From: Myxococcota bacterium | GTDB taxonomy: Bacteria > Myxococcota_A > SURF-8 | Assembly: GCA_965140415.1 (NCBI GenBank) | Contig: OZ223209.1 | Coordinates: 2,848,001 to 2,912,000 of the forward strand | DNA: 64,000 bases | Reading direction: 5' to 3' | Shown here: positions 18,874 through 29,012 of the stretch, in pieces | Position numbering within the stretch: position 1 is the stretch's first letter | How the letters are laid out: each line of letters starts with the position of its first letter | Notes under the pieces: generated by a model | Seen by the model: the letters and a program-made list of their open reading frames with translations, nothing else | The model's database searches: none | Told to the model about the DNA's origin: nothing | Translations under genes and position numbers: made by a program

Positions 18874-20352
18874 ATGGGATCTTATATTCTTGCCATCGAT
18901 CAAGGAACAACCAGTTCACGCGCCATTATCCTGGACCGCGACCTTACGGTTAAAGGCGTCGGTCAGAAAGAATTCCAGCAGCATTTCCCGAATCCGGGTT
19001 GGGTGGAACACGATCCCGAGCAGATATGGGAAAGTGTTACTGTCTCTATTGCTACGGCATTAGAAAAAGCTGGAATTTCTGGAGAAGAAATTGCGGGTAT
19101 CGGTATTACCAACCAGCGCGAAACAATCGTAGTTTGGGACAAGGAGAGCGGTAAACCGGAATACAACGCGATTGTCTGGCAGTGCCGCCGGTCCATGGAC
19201 ATTTGTAACAACTTGAAAAAACAGGGGTTGGAGTCGAAATTCACACGGCGCACAGGCTTATTGCTCGATCCGTATTTCAGCGGAACGAAGCTCTCCTGGA
19301 TGTTCGAAAATGTTGAAGGCTTACGTGAAAAGGCCGAAAAGGAAAACCTACAGGCGGGTACGATCGACTGCTTCCTGGTTCATCGCCTTTCCGGTAGGCA
19401 GGCTCATGTCACCGATGTCAGCAACGCCTGTCGCACACTTTTAATGAACATTCAAACCCTGCAATGGGATGATGAACTGGCGCAAGCCTTGAATGTCCCT
19501 ATGAGTATTCTGCCGCAGATTGCAAGCTGCTCAGAAGTTTATGCCAAAACGAAAGGCTTGGACGTTCTCCCTGATGGTATTCCCATTTGCGGTATGGCAG
19601 GAGACCAGCAGGCGGCGCTTTTCGGACAGGCCTGTTTCGAACCCGGTGATGCGAAATGTACTTATGGCACCGGTGCGTTTCTTTTAATGAATACCGGCGA
19701 GCGTGCCGTACCCAGCTACAATCGACTGCTGACAACTGTGGCATGGAAGCTGGGTGATAAGACCACTTATGCTTTGGAAGGTAGCGCTTTTATTGCGGGG
19801 GCCGCAGTGCAGTGGCTACGGGATGGATTACAGATCATTTCTGAGAGTTCCGAAGTAGAGGCGCTGGCGCGTCAGGTAGATTCATCTGATGGTGTGGTGC
19901 TTGTCCCTGCTTTTGCCGGACTGGGTGCGCCACATTGGAGAGCGGAAGCACGAGGCATCTTAACTGGTATGACGCGCGGAACGACCAAGGCGCATATCGC
20001 ACGTGCAGCGCTGGAAGGTATTGCATTGCAGAACTTCGAATTGCTTTCTGCGATGGAGTCGGATTCCGAAACAAAGCTTAGGGAACTGAAGGTGGATGGT
20101 GGTGCAAGCGCGAACAACCTGCTGATGCAGTTCCAGTCCGATATCTTACAGTGCGATATTGTAAGACCAAAAATGCTGGAAACCACGGCTTTAGGAGCGG
20201 CTTTCTTGGCTGGCTTGGCTGTGGAGTATTGGAAGGGATTAGACGATATTCGCAATGCTTGGAAGGAAGACCGTTCTTTCACACCTCAGATGGATGCATC
20301 AAAGCGAGAAAATCACATCGAGCAGTGGAAAGCGGCGATTGAGAAGGCTTGA
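18874..20352 (+). CDS. glpK: Glycerol kinase
   Basis: YILAIDQGTTSSRA, GITNQRET, WQCRR, GDQQAALFGQ, KCTYGTG, VDGGA; RBS GGAGG. Confidence 0.97.
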   Translation: MGSYILAIDQGTTSSRAIILDRDLTVKGVGQKEFQQHFPNPGWVEHDPEQIWESVTVSIATALEKAGISGEEIAGIGITNQRETIVVWDKESGKPEYNAIVWQCRRSMDICNNLKKQGLESKFTRRTGLLLDPYFSGTKLSWMFENVEGLREKAEKENLQAGTIDCFLVHRLSGRQAHVTDVSNACRTLLMNIQTLQWDDELAQALNVPMSILPQIASCSEVYAKTKGLDVLPDGIPICGMAGDQQAALFGQACFEPGDAKCTYGTGAFLLMNTGERAVPSYNRLLTTVAWKLGDKTTYALEGSAFIAGAAVQWLRDGLQIISESSEVEALARQVDSSDGVVLVPAFAGLGAPHWRAEARGILTGMTRGTTKAHIARAALEGIALQNFELLSAMESDSETKLRELKVDGGASANNLLMQFQSDILQCDIVRPKMLETTALGAAFLAGLAVEYWKGLDDIRNAWKEDRSFTPQMDASKRENHIEQWKAAIEKA

Positions 20353-20454
20353 TTCCAAGAAATTCGTGATAGTGGCGGAATGGATACTGATACACCATTC
20401 TTTTTAATAGCAGACATTGCTTACTGTAATCTGAGTTACTGAAGGAGGAAAAAG

Positions 20455-21636
20455 ATGAGAGATGTTGTTGTTGTAGGTATGGCGCGTACGCCTATCGGTT
20501 CGTTTGGTGGCTCTCTGAAGCCCTTGCTTTCTTATGAACTGGGAACCATCGCAGTAAAAGAAGCGATCAAGCGCTCCGGTTTGGAAGATCTTTCGCAGAT
20601 CGATGACGTTCTGATCGGTAACTGCTTTATGCGCACCGATGAAATCAATGTGGCACGTTGTATCGGTCTAAGCTCCGGCATTCCGTTCACTACTCCGGCT
20701 TCTACGATTCAGCGTCAATGCGCTTCCGGTATGCAGGCCATCGTGTTTGGCGCCCAGAAAATCTGGCTGGAAGAATGCGATATCGTGGTCGCCGGTGGTA
20801 CCGAGTCGATGTCTAACGTCCCTTACGTCCTTAAAGATATGCGCTGGGGAGCGCGTCAACTGGATGTTAAGGCAACCGATTCTCTCTTTGAGGGCTTGAG
20901 CGATCCCTTCGAGCACATCCTGATGGGGATCACGGCGGAGAACTTGGCTACGAAACACAATATCAGCCGTGAAGAACAGGATGAAGTGGCTTTGATGTCG
21001 CAGACTCGTGCATTGAAGGCCATTGATGAAGGTTGGTTCAAGGAAGAAATCATTCCGGTTCCAGTACCGCAGCGCAGAGGCGATCCGGTCATGTTCGATA
21101 CAGACGAACATCCCCGCAAGGGAGCGACGCTGGAATCGTTGGGCAAACTCCGCGCAGCCTTCAAAAAAGACGGCACCGTGACGGCCGGTAACGCTTCCGG
21201 TTTGAACGATGGCGCGGCGGCCATGGTATTGATGAGCCTGGATAAAGCCAATGAACTGGGATTGAAGCCGATCTGCCGTATCGTTGCTCATTCGGTTGCA
21301 GGTGTCGAACCTGAATTGATGGGTTACGGTCCTGTTCCGGCCATTCAGAAACTGATGAAGAAAACCGGTTTCACGTTGGACGATTTCGACCTGATCGAGT
21401 TGAATGAAGCCTTTGCTGCCCAGTATCTCGCTTGTGAGAAACTGTTGGAACTGGATCGGGAAAAGACGAATATCGTCGGTTCCGGTATCGCACTGGGTCA
21501 TCCGGTCGGCGCAACGGGCGCTCGCATCACCATCAGTCTGATCCACAACCTCAAGCGCTTGGGTCTCAAGCGTGGTCTGGCTTCCTTGTGTGTCGGTGGT
21601 GGTATGGGTAAGGCGATCGTGGTTGAAATGATCTAG
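20455..21636 (+). CDS. Acetyl-CoA C-acetyl/acyltransferase (thiolase)
   Basis: [41 protein letters not shown] motifs. Confidence 0.95.
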   Translation: MRDVVVVGMARTPIGSFGGSLKPLLSYELGTIAVKEAIKRSGLEDLSQIDDVLIGNCFMRTDEINVARCIGLSSGIPFTTPASTIQRQCASGMQAIVFGAQKIWLEECDIVVAGGTESMSNVPYVLKDMRWGARQLDVKATDSLFEGLSDPFEHILMGITAENLATKHNISREEQDEVALMSQTRALKAIDEGWFKEEIIPVPVPQRRGDPVMFDTDEHPRKGATLESLGKLRAAFKKDGTVTAGNASGLNDGAAAMVLMSLDKANELGLKPICRIVAHSVAGVEPELMGYGPVPAIQKLMKKTGFTLDDFDLIELNEAFAAQYLACEKLLELDREKTNIVGSGIALGHPVGATGARITISLIHNLKRLGLKRGLASLCVGGGMGKAIVVEMI

Positions 21637-21659
21637 TTTTCTTATCGAAGTTACATAAG

Positions 21660-21690
21660 AAAAGGGCGCACCGTTTGGTGCGCCCTTTTT
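21660..21690. terminator. Bidirectional intrinsic terminator
   Basis: AAAAGGGCGCACC-GTTT-GGTGCGCCCTTTTT. Confidence 0.85.
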
Positions 21691-21713
21691 AATGTCTTAA
21701 TAGAAACAGATGG

Positions 21714-23117
21714 TTACTCATCCATATTCTGTACCGCAATCTGAATGAGATCCAGGTAGTATTCGGAAGACTGCTCGTGAGTCAACTTCATATCACTCAT
21801 GCGAATGGCTGCCGCCCATGGGATGGCGTTGAACATGACGCTGTCGAAAATCACACGCTCATCAGCGTTACTGTCGATATCCGAAAGACGATAGCCTTCG
21901 GTGCATCCGTAAAGGTTGATTTTATCGTTTGCAAAGCTATTGCCGGTCGGAATGCCGGGGAAAGAGCTTTCTCCAACTACATGGATAAAGTCTGCGTTTA
22001 AATCGACTAGGCGATCTTCCAAGCCGCCTTCAATGCAGAATTGGTTCATCAGGAATTCCTGACAGGCCGGGCACCAACCCGCGCTGACGAGGATAAACAG
22101 CGTTTTGGTTTCTGGATGATCGCAGCGGTATTGCGCCAGATCGAGACCGGTAATTTCATCGTAATGATACGCGCCGGGCCAGGAAAGTGGGGGTACGGTG
22201 CCGGGTTCCGGTTCTGTTTTACCGGGTTCAGGTCCGAGGAAGTAATAAGGAGGTTCTGGGTACCCGCAATCCACTTCAGGCTTGTCCAAGTGGACGTAAC
22301 CGGGATCTTTTACCATAACGGAAAACGTATAGGTATCCAGGCACCAGACATCGCCGTTTTCAACCGGAGTGGTCGTCATATCCTGTGCAATCGTGACCTG
22401 CTGTAGCGCAACGTTATTGAAAGTAACGCTCAACATATCTCCGGGGACATCGCTGATTTCGCTGATTACGATTTCCCCGCCTTGAGCCGGCATATAGGTT
22501 CGACCGCAATAGCGGACTCCCTGGTCGTTGTAATCGCAGTTGTACTCAAAGACCATGCAGTTGGCGCAGGTTGCATAACTGGTTTCATCTTCACCGATCG
22601 GATACGTTCCAGGCTCTGTCGGGGCTCCATTTCCTTTCCACATTTCAAAACGGAGTACATTCATGGGATAACGGGCTTGTGAATAGCCTTTATAAGACCA
22701 AAGAGTTTCGTCCTGATCGTCTAACAGAAGGTCTACACGTTCCACTTCGGGAGCATAGCCGGTACGATTGCAGGAGAGTTGAGGAATATCGCCATCAACA
22801 TTTGTGTCACCATCGGTGGTGTCGCCATCTACGGTTGTGTCCCCATCAGGAGTATCTCCGTCGATTACATCCCCGTCCGTGTTGTCGCCATCTACATTCG
22901 TATCTCCATCGATACCATCTCCGTCCGGCTCTGTGTCTCCATCTGTTGTCGTGTCGCCGTCACTCGATGTGTCAGTTTCAGATAATTCGGAATCTCCATC
23001 CGTGGTGTTGCCGGTATCATCATCGTCTCCACAACTATAAATTGAAATGGAGAGGAGAACGATCAATGCAAAATGTAGCATTGTTTGTGTCCAAGAAGGA
23101 AGGGGGGCTTTAGTCAT
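21714..23117 (-). CDS. DGD-repeat lipoprotein with a C-terminal thioredoxin-like domain
   Basis: IYS-C lipobox, about 11 DGD motifs, C-terminal LFILVSAGWCPAC; RBS AGGAG before ATG 23117. Confidence 0.82.
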   Translation of the reverse strand: MTKAPLPSWTQTMLHFALIVLLSISIYSCGDDDDTGNTTDGDSELSETDTSSDGDTTTDGDTEPDGDGIDGDTNVDGDNTDGDVIDGDTPDGDTTVDGDTTDGDTNVDGDIPQLSCNRTGYAPEVERVDLLLDDQDETLWSYKGYSQARYPMNVLRFEMWKGNGAPTEPGTYPIGEDETSYATCANCMVFEYNCDYNDQGVRYCGRTYMPAQGGEIVISEISDVPGDMLSVTFNNVALQQVTIAQDMTTTPVENGDVWCLDTYTFSVMVKDPGYVHLDKPEVDCGYPEPPYYFLGPEPGKTEPEPGTVPPLSWPGAYHYDEITGLDLAQYRCDHPETKTLFILVSAGWCPACQEFLMNQFCIEGGLEDRLVDLNADFIHVVGESSFPGIPTGNSFANDKINLYGCTEGYRLSDIDSNADERVIFDSVMFNAIPWAAAIRMSDMKLTHEQSSEYYLDLIQIAVQNMDE

Positions 23118-23295
23118 AGGAATCTCCTGCTGTGTAATGTTCCGGTTGTATCTCGCCAAAGGTCGATTATTTTTCGTTTATAGCATGGGCGAAATTGGTT
23201 GTTGATTGTCCTTAGCGTGGCCAGTCTTCTTCCAAAATTACTACGATAGGAAGCCGAAAGGTAAGATATGCCACAGTAAAAGTAATATTGTCCAG

Positions 23296-23327
23296 AAAAA
23301 AAACCGGCCCGGAAGACCGGGCCGGTT
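23296..23327 (-). terminator. Intrinsic terminator after the 23355-25163 gene
   Basis: CCGGCCCGG-AAGA-CCGGGCCGG stem with an 8-T run on the minus strand. Confidence 0.85.
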
Positions 23328-23354
23328 CGCTCACCTTGAAAATGTGAACCGGAA

Positions 23355-25163
23355 TTAACCGCAGAAGTCGCCGATGTAGCACATGGTGCTGTCGCCGACC
23401 GGACCGCAGCAGCCACCGCCGTAACCGGAGGCAGTACAGTCGCTGTCGCTCGTGCAGTCTCCCGCACACCAGGAAACACCGCAGTAACCTTCCACACACA
23501 CACCGCGGCTACCGACAACGGAGGCGCAGTCGGCTGCGGAAGTGCAGGGGGCAGGTTGGGAGGTGCTGGCATCGGCATGCATTCCAATGCAGTTCAGACC
23601 AGACTGACAGTTTCCGGCATCGGCATTGACCGAACCAAATGCACAGGCTTCACCCGCAGCCTGATCGCCAGTGCCACCACCACAGAAGTCTGCAATGTAA
23701 CACATGGTATCGCTTCCGACCGGGCCACAGCAACCACCGCCATAACCGGCAGCATTACAATCCGAATCGCTAGAACAGCTTTCAGCACACCAGGCAACAC
23801 CGCAGTAACCCTGAGCACATTCGCCACGGCTACCGACAACAGCGGTACAATCCGCGTCGCTGGTACAAGCTGCCGGTTGAGAAGTGGAAGCGTCGGCGTA
23901 CATGCCGATACAGCTCGCGCCGCTTTCGCAATCGCCGGCGTTGGCATTGACAACACCGAAGGTGCAGTCTTCACCAGGAGCCTGATCGCCAGTGCCGCCG
24001 CTACAGAAATCCGCGATGTAGCACATGTTGTCGCTTCCGACCGGACCACAGCAGCCACCGCCATAACCGGCAGCATTACAGTCCGCATCGGTCGTACAGC
24101 TTTCAGCACACCAAGAGACTCCACAGTAGCCTTGGGCACATTCGCCACGGCTACCGACAACGGCGGTGCAATCCGCATCGCTGGTGCAAGCTGCCGGTTG
24201 AGTGCTGGAAGCGTCGGCATACAGACCAATGCAGTTTCCGCCGCTTTCGCAATTGCCAGCATTGGCATTGACAACACCGAAGGTGCAGTCTTCACCAGGA
24301 GCCTGATCGCCAGTACCGCCGCTACAGAAGTCCGCGATGTAGCACATGTTCGTGTCGCCAACCGGACCACAACAGGCGCCATTTCCGAGCGCCGAGCAAT
24401 CGGCGTCCGTATTACAGGCCGCGGTGCACCAGGAAACGCCGCAATAACCCTGGGCGCAAACGCCCTGGCTGCCGACGACGGAAGTGCAATCCGAATCGGT
24501 CATACAAGGAGCGGGTTGGTCCGTGTTGGTATCCGCGTACATACCGATGCAGTCGTAACCAGATTGGCAATCACCGGCATTGGGATTGACTACGCCGAAC
24601 GTACAGGCACCACCCGGTTGTCCGGGATTGACAACGGTGTCTTCCACACAAGCGCCGTTTTCTTCATGATAACCATTGTCGCATTCGCAACGATTGGTCA
24701 TGGTGTTGCAATGCGCATGAAGTGGGCAGCCACCGCAAGGATCGCTGGTGTCGCCGTCGACCACGTTGTCGCCGTCAACTACATTGTCACCATCAACTAC
24801 ATTGTCACCGTCGACTACATTGTCACCATCAACGACATTGTCGCCGTCAACGACATTGTCGCCGTCAACTACGTTGTCGCCGTCAGTGGTGTTATCACCA
24901 TCAACAACGTTATCACCGTCAGTCGTGGTGTTGTCGCCGTCAGTCGTCGTGTTATCGCCGTCGGTCGTGGTGTTGTCGCCGTCTGTGATCGGCGGGTTAT
25001 ACGGATTGTTGGGGTTGTTGGGGTTGCTGGGACCGTCACCATCGGCGATTGTGGTATCACCATCGGTGTCATCGGTGTCTTCATCTTCGCCGCCGCAGCC
25101 GAAAGCAAACAGGGCTAAGATCAGCACTGCCAGCAAAAGAATAGAGTGCCATCTTTTTTCCAT
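23355..25163 (-). CDS. DGD-repeat lipoprotein with four ~107-aa, 14-Cys repeats
   Basis: FAFG-C lipobox, DGDNTTT/DGDNVV stalk, an EGF-like segment, then four copies of the Cys module; RBS AGGAGG before ATG 25163. Confidence 0.88.
   Translation of the reverse strand: MEKRWHSILLLAVLILALFAFGCGGEDEDTDDTDGDTTIADGDGPSNPNNPNNPYNPPITDGDNTTTDGDNTTTDGDNTTTDGDNVVDGDNTTDGDNVVDGDNVVDGDNVVDGDNVVDGDNVVDGDNVVDGDNVVDGDTSDPCGGCPLHAHCNTMTNRCECDNGYHEENGACVEDTVVNPGQPGGACTFGVVNPNAGDCQSGYDCIGMYADTNTDQPAPCMTDSDCTSVVGSQGVCAQGYCGVSWCTAACNTDADCSALGNGACCGPVGDTNMCYIADFCSGGTGDQAPGEDCTFGVVNANAGNCESGGNCIGLYADASSTQPAACTSDADCTAVVGSRGECAQGYCGVSWCAESCTTDADCNAAGYGGGCCGPVGSDNMCYIADFCSGGTGDQAPGEDCTFGVVNANAGDCESGASCIGMYADASTSQPAACTSDADCTAVVGSRGECAQGYCGVAWCAESCSSDSDCNAAGYGGGCCGPVGSDTMCYIADFCGGGTGDQAAGEACAFGSVNADAGNCQSGLNCIGMHADASTSQPAPCTSAADCASVVGSRGVCVEGYCGVSWCAGDCTSDSDCTASGYGGGCCGPVGDSTMCYIGDFCG
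23358..24620 (-). repeat. Internal coding repeat of about 321 bp, four copies
   Basis: The anchor GCCTGATCGCCAGT recurs at 23659, 23980 and 24301 (321-bp period); a more diverged copy lies upstream in the gene. Confidence 0.88.
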
Positions 25164-25326
25164 AACCTGATTCCTCCTTAACATTTCACACATGGCGTTG
25201 CACTACAATAAAACGGTTTTCTCTACCATGATTCTTTACCAAGAGTCAATTGAAAACCTGTATCCGCTACATGGCACAACGCCGACCAGGGTTAAAAACA
25301 AGTAATTTCAAGAATAAACACCTTGT

Positions 25327-26625
25327 TTATTCGCAAAAATCGCTGATATAGCACATGTTGTTGCTTCCAACCGGACCACAGCAGCCGCCGCCGTAACCGG
25401 ATGCCGTGCAATCCGAGTCGGTGGAACAACTTTCAGCGCACCAAGAAACACCACAATATCCTCCAACGCACACTCCGGTGCTACCAACTGTAGAGGTACA
25501 GTCAACTGCCGTCTCACAAGGGGCTGGGCTTGAAGTAGATGAATCGGCATGTAAACCGATGCAGCTAGAACCGGATCGGCAATCACCTGCATTTGCGTTT
25601 ACCATTCCAAAGGTACAAGGTTCGCCAGGTGCTTGATCTCCTTCAGGCGGTTCTTCGCAGAAGTCTCCAAGGTAACACATGTTGGAATCTCCGACCGGAC
25701 CGCAGCAACCGCTTCCATATCCTTCATCATTGCAGTCTTCATCGGTGGAGCAGTCTTCGGCACACCAGGAAATTCCGCAGTAACCGTCCGCACATACACC
25801 ACGACTTCCAACGACGGAAGTGCAATCCGCGGCTGACGTACAGGGGGCAGGTTGAACACTGCTGGCATTAGCGTGCATGCCGATACAGTTAGAACTGCTG
25901 TCGCATTCATTGGCCGTGGCATTAACCGAGCCGAAAGGACAGGGAGCGCCGGGACCGGATTCGACTGTGCAAAGGACGCAACCGCCGTTTTCTTCACAAT
26001 AGCCGTTGTCGCATTCACATTGATCAGTGCTTTCATTGCAGTGAGAATGCCAGGGACAGCTACCTCCGCAGGGAAGTCCTTGGTCTTCATCTTCATCGCC
26101 ATCGGGTTGAACGTCGCCATCCGGTTGGTCATCACCATCGGGCTGAAGGTCACCGTCGGGCTGATCATCGCCATCGGGTTGATTATCACCATCGGGTTGG
26201 TAGTCGCCGTCGGGCTGGTAGTCACCATCAGGCTGATCATCGCCATCGGGCTGGTAGTCACCATCGACTACGTTGTCACCGTCGACTACATTGTCGCCAT
26301 CGACTACATTGTCGCCATCGATTACGTTGTCGCCATCGACTATATTGTCGCCATCGACTACATTGTCGCCATCGACTACATTGTCGCCATCGACTACGTT
26401 GTCACCATCGACTACGTTGTCACCGTCTGTGGCGTTATCGCCGTCTGTGGTTATTGGAGGATTCACCGGATTCCACCAACTGGAATCGTCATCGCCATCG
26501 GATTGATGAGTATCGCCATCGGGATCGTCGTTATCATCCACATCATCCTCGCCACCGCAACCCAATACAAGCTGAGACAGGATAAGCGAAACCATTACAA
26601 GCCAATACCATCGTTCACGTCTCAT
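25327..26625 (-). CDS. Paralogous DGD-repeat lipoprotein with two copies of the 14-Cys module
   Basis: LVLG-C lipobox, 9x DGDN[VI][VI] plus 9x DGDxQP, an EGF-like segment and two Cys modules homologous to the neighbouring gene. Confidence 0.88.
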   Translation of the reverse strand: MRRERWYWLVMVSLILSQLVLGCGGEDDVDDNDDPDGDTHQSDGDDDSSWWNPVNPPITTDGDNATDGDNVVDGDNVVDGDNVVDGDNVVDGDNIVDGDNVIDGDNVVDGDNVVDGDNVVDGDYQPDGDDQPDGDYQPDGDYQPDGDNQPDGDDQPDGDLQPDGDDQPDGDVQPDGDEDEDQGLPCGGSCPWHSHCNESTDQCECDNGYCEENGGCVLCTVESGPGAPCPFGSVNATANECDSSSNCIGMHANASSVQPAPCTSAADCTSVVGSRGVCADGYCGISWCAEDCSTDEDCNDEGYGSGCCGPVGDSNMCYLGDFCEEPPEGDQAPGEPCTFGMVNANAGDCRSGSSCIGLHADSSTSSPAPCETAVDCTSTVGSTGVCVGGYCGVSWCAESCSTDSDCTASGYGGGCCGPVGSNNMCYISDFCE

Positions 26626-26914
26626 TTAAAGCTCCTCCAATTTTCGGATTTCGTAAGGAAACAAATTATACGGGAAGGATTATTCCTACCCAGATGTTAT
26701 GTTTAAGAACGTGGCGAGATCCTCATCTTACCTAAAACGATTTAGCTTGACAAGAAATATCGTGATATTTGTTGACTGAGGTTAGCCTGTCTTCAAAAAT
26801 ATCAATTGAAATTCTTACTGTGTATGTTCGAAAACAATTAGTAAATACACAGATATATACATCGTTCTGCATGGTTCGCCGAGGTGCTGTGGAACAGATG
26901 TGATGCGCGATGAT

Positions 26915-28015
26915 TCAAGCGCTTTTCTTCTTTTCGTTGCGAATTTGCTCTAGCAGAGATTCGCAGGCATTGAATACTTTCTCAACGGAAAGATCCTGCA
27001 TACACTGGCAAATCGCAGCAGAATGGTTTCGCTTTTTGTAACAAGCACGATTGCAGGTCGGATTGTGGCGCACAACTCGATTTGGTTCCCAGAATGGACC
27101 ATGGATCATAGGATCGGTTGGTCCGTAAAGCCCAACAACGGGTGTTTTCTGCGCTGCCGCCAAATGCAAAGGTCCGGTATCGGGTGAAACCACATAAGCG
27201 CATTGCTCGAAAAACGCAGCCAATTCAAGTAAATTCATGCGTGGGCCCAATAACCCTTTTTGTTTCATTCTACCAATGATTTCTTTGGCAACGGCCTCCT
27301 CGTGATTTCCGTACCAAAGGATAATCGGAGTCAATCCCTGTTCGTTACTGATACGATCCGCCAATTCAGCATACGCATCTATACGCCATTGCTTGATTTT
27401 CTTGGAAGAACACGGGCAAATCGCAACGATTTGGTGAGAACTGAGTTTATAAGGCAGCAAGAAATCTTGTACCACCTTATGGTTTTCCTCGGACAGGGGG
27501 ATCGATACACGATTTGGCGTCATATCTACACCCATCGGCTGCAACAGCGATAGGTTCTGCATGATGGCGTGCTGTTTTCTGGAAACGGAGATTCTGACAT
27601 TATTCAGTAGCCAGCCGCCTTCCGCGAAACGGTTGAAACCGATACGGACGCGTGCGAAAGAAAGCCTGGCAAACAGGGATGACCTCAACAGTGGTTGAAA
27701 TACAATTGCTGCAACTAACTTCATTCGATACAAGCGATGGGCAAAAGCCAGAATCAATCCAACCGCTTTCCAGAACCACTGAAGCGTTTTCAGTTCTTTG
27801 GTTACTTCAGGTCGATCGAAGGAAACAACTTCTAGTTCATCAAAACTCTCAAGAAGATGACGGTATGGTTCATCCACCATCCAGCTAAAGCGGGTGCGTG
27901 GGTAACGTTTTTTCAGTGCGTGATAGGCGGGCAGGGTATGGATAATGTCCCCCAGCGCGCTCATGCGTCCGATCAGCAAATTGAATGGGGTGACACCATG
28001 CAAAGGATCTTTCAT
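26915..28015 (-). CDS. Glycosyltransferase family 9 (LPS heptosyltransferase-like)
   Basis: RMSALGDIIHTLPA, K.W, SPDTGPLHLAAA, LYGPTDP. Confidence 0.9.
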   Translation of the reverse strand: MKDPLHGVTPFNLLIGRMSALGDIIHTLPAYHALKKRYPRTRFSWMVDEPYRHLLESFDELEVVSFDRPEVTKELKTLQWFWKAVGLILAFAHRLYRMKLVAAIVFQPLLRSSLFARLSFARVRIGFNRFAEGGWLLNNVRISVSRKQHAIMQNLSLLQPMGVDMTPNRVSIPLSEENHKVVQDFLLPYKLSSHQIVAICPCSSKKIKQWRIDAYAELADRISNEQGLTPIILWYGNHEEAVAKEIIGRMKQKGLLGPRMNLLELAAFFEQCAYVVSPDTGPLHLAAAQKTPVVGLYGPTDPMIHGPFWEPNRVVRHNPTCNRACYKKRNHSAAICQCMQDLSVEKVFNACESLLEQIRNEKKKSA

Positions 28016-28107
28016 TTAGCTTCTCCCAATGAGCCTGGAGTGAGTACGTTGTTTATATATAAAACTTCATCTTTTTACTCCGATTCGCACGTCGTTTCAA
28101 GAGAAAC

Positions 28108-28881
28108 TCAGTGATTTTCGGGAGTCTGTTCGTTTTGTGATGTGGAGTGGTATTTGATCCAGCCTTCAATAAAGGCTGCTCGGGCCAGTCTATATCCATA
28201 AGTGCGGTCCAAAAATCCGGCTTTCAACACATAACTGCGGAAAAATCGCCAGCTTGGTCGAAACGTCCGATCCAGTATAGAGATCCTTTTTCCCTGTTTT
28301 GCCAGACTTTTTGCTGCCAGTTCCCCATAAAGTCGCGCTTTTTCTTCAATTCCTTCAATGTGTTGCGCTGTGACGTGCTCGATTGGTGTGTGCAGTTTAC
28401 CCCAGCGACCATTCAAACAGACATGGTCGTGCGGTTCCATATTTCGGTTCCAATATCCTAACTCGCGCTTGAATAACCTTTTCTGATAGCCTGGCCAATA
28501 TCCGTTATGCTGAAGATGCTTATCTCCAATGAATGTGCGTATTGGAATGCGATAGCCTGAGAATTTTGGAGATTCAAGAGTGGCAAGAATCTCTTTTACC
28601 AATGTGGGAGGGACGACTTCATCCGCATCCAGATTGAGAATCCACTCACCATGGACCATCTTTCGAGCAGCCTCTTTCTGGTCATTGGCTCCGATATATG
28701 GGCGCTGTATAACCGTGGTTGCCATTTCCTTGGCAATTTTTATTGTCTGATCTGTGCTTCCACTATCTATTACCAGTATTTCATCACAAAAGGCGAGTGA
28801 ACTCAGACAATTGGCTATATGCCTTTCTTCGTTCCGGCAAATTATGGTGGCAGAAAGTAGCGGGACAGAAGAAGATTTCAT
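28108..28881 (-). CDS. Glycosyltransferase family 2 (WaaE/KdtX-like LPS core glycosyltransferase)
   Basis: LSATIICRNEE, DSGSTD.T, WILNLDADE, YVLKAGFLD. Confidence 0.88.
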   Translation of the reverse strand: MKSSSVPLLSATIICRNEERHIANCLSSLAFCDEILVIDSGSTDQTIKIAKEMATTVIQRPYIGANDQKEAARKMVHGEWILNLDADEVVPPTLVKEILATLESPKFSGYRIPIRTFIGDKHLQHNGYWPGYQKRLFKRELGYWNRNMEPHDHVCLNGRWGKLHTPIEHVTAQHIEGIEEKARLYGELAAKSLAKQGKRISILDRTFRPSWRFFRSYVLKAGFLDRTYGYRLARAAFIEGWIKYHSTSQNEQTPENH

Positions 28882-29012
28882 TGTTTCACAGGTTCCTTGC
28901 TGATATTGACCTATACCCCTAGCAGATTATCTTGTCTTCTGCCAGTTGCGTGAAGTAAAAAGCGTGATATTTTGAATAAGGGTGTTGATGTCAAAGCCAG
29001 AGTTTCAAGTAT

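Noticed and set aside
20668-21546. 292-aa antisense ORF
   Set aside because: Shadow of the thiolase gene.
23358-24620. 321-bp near-identical repeats as DGR template and variable regions
   Set aside because: All copies are in-frame coding domains, the differences are not confined to adenines, and no reverse transcriptase is in the window.
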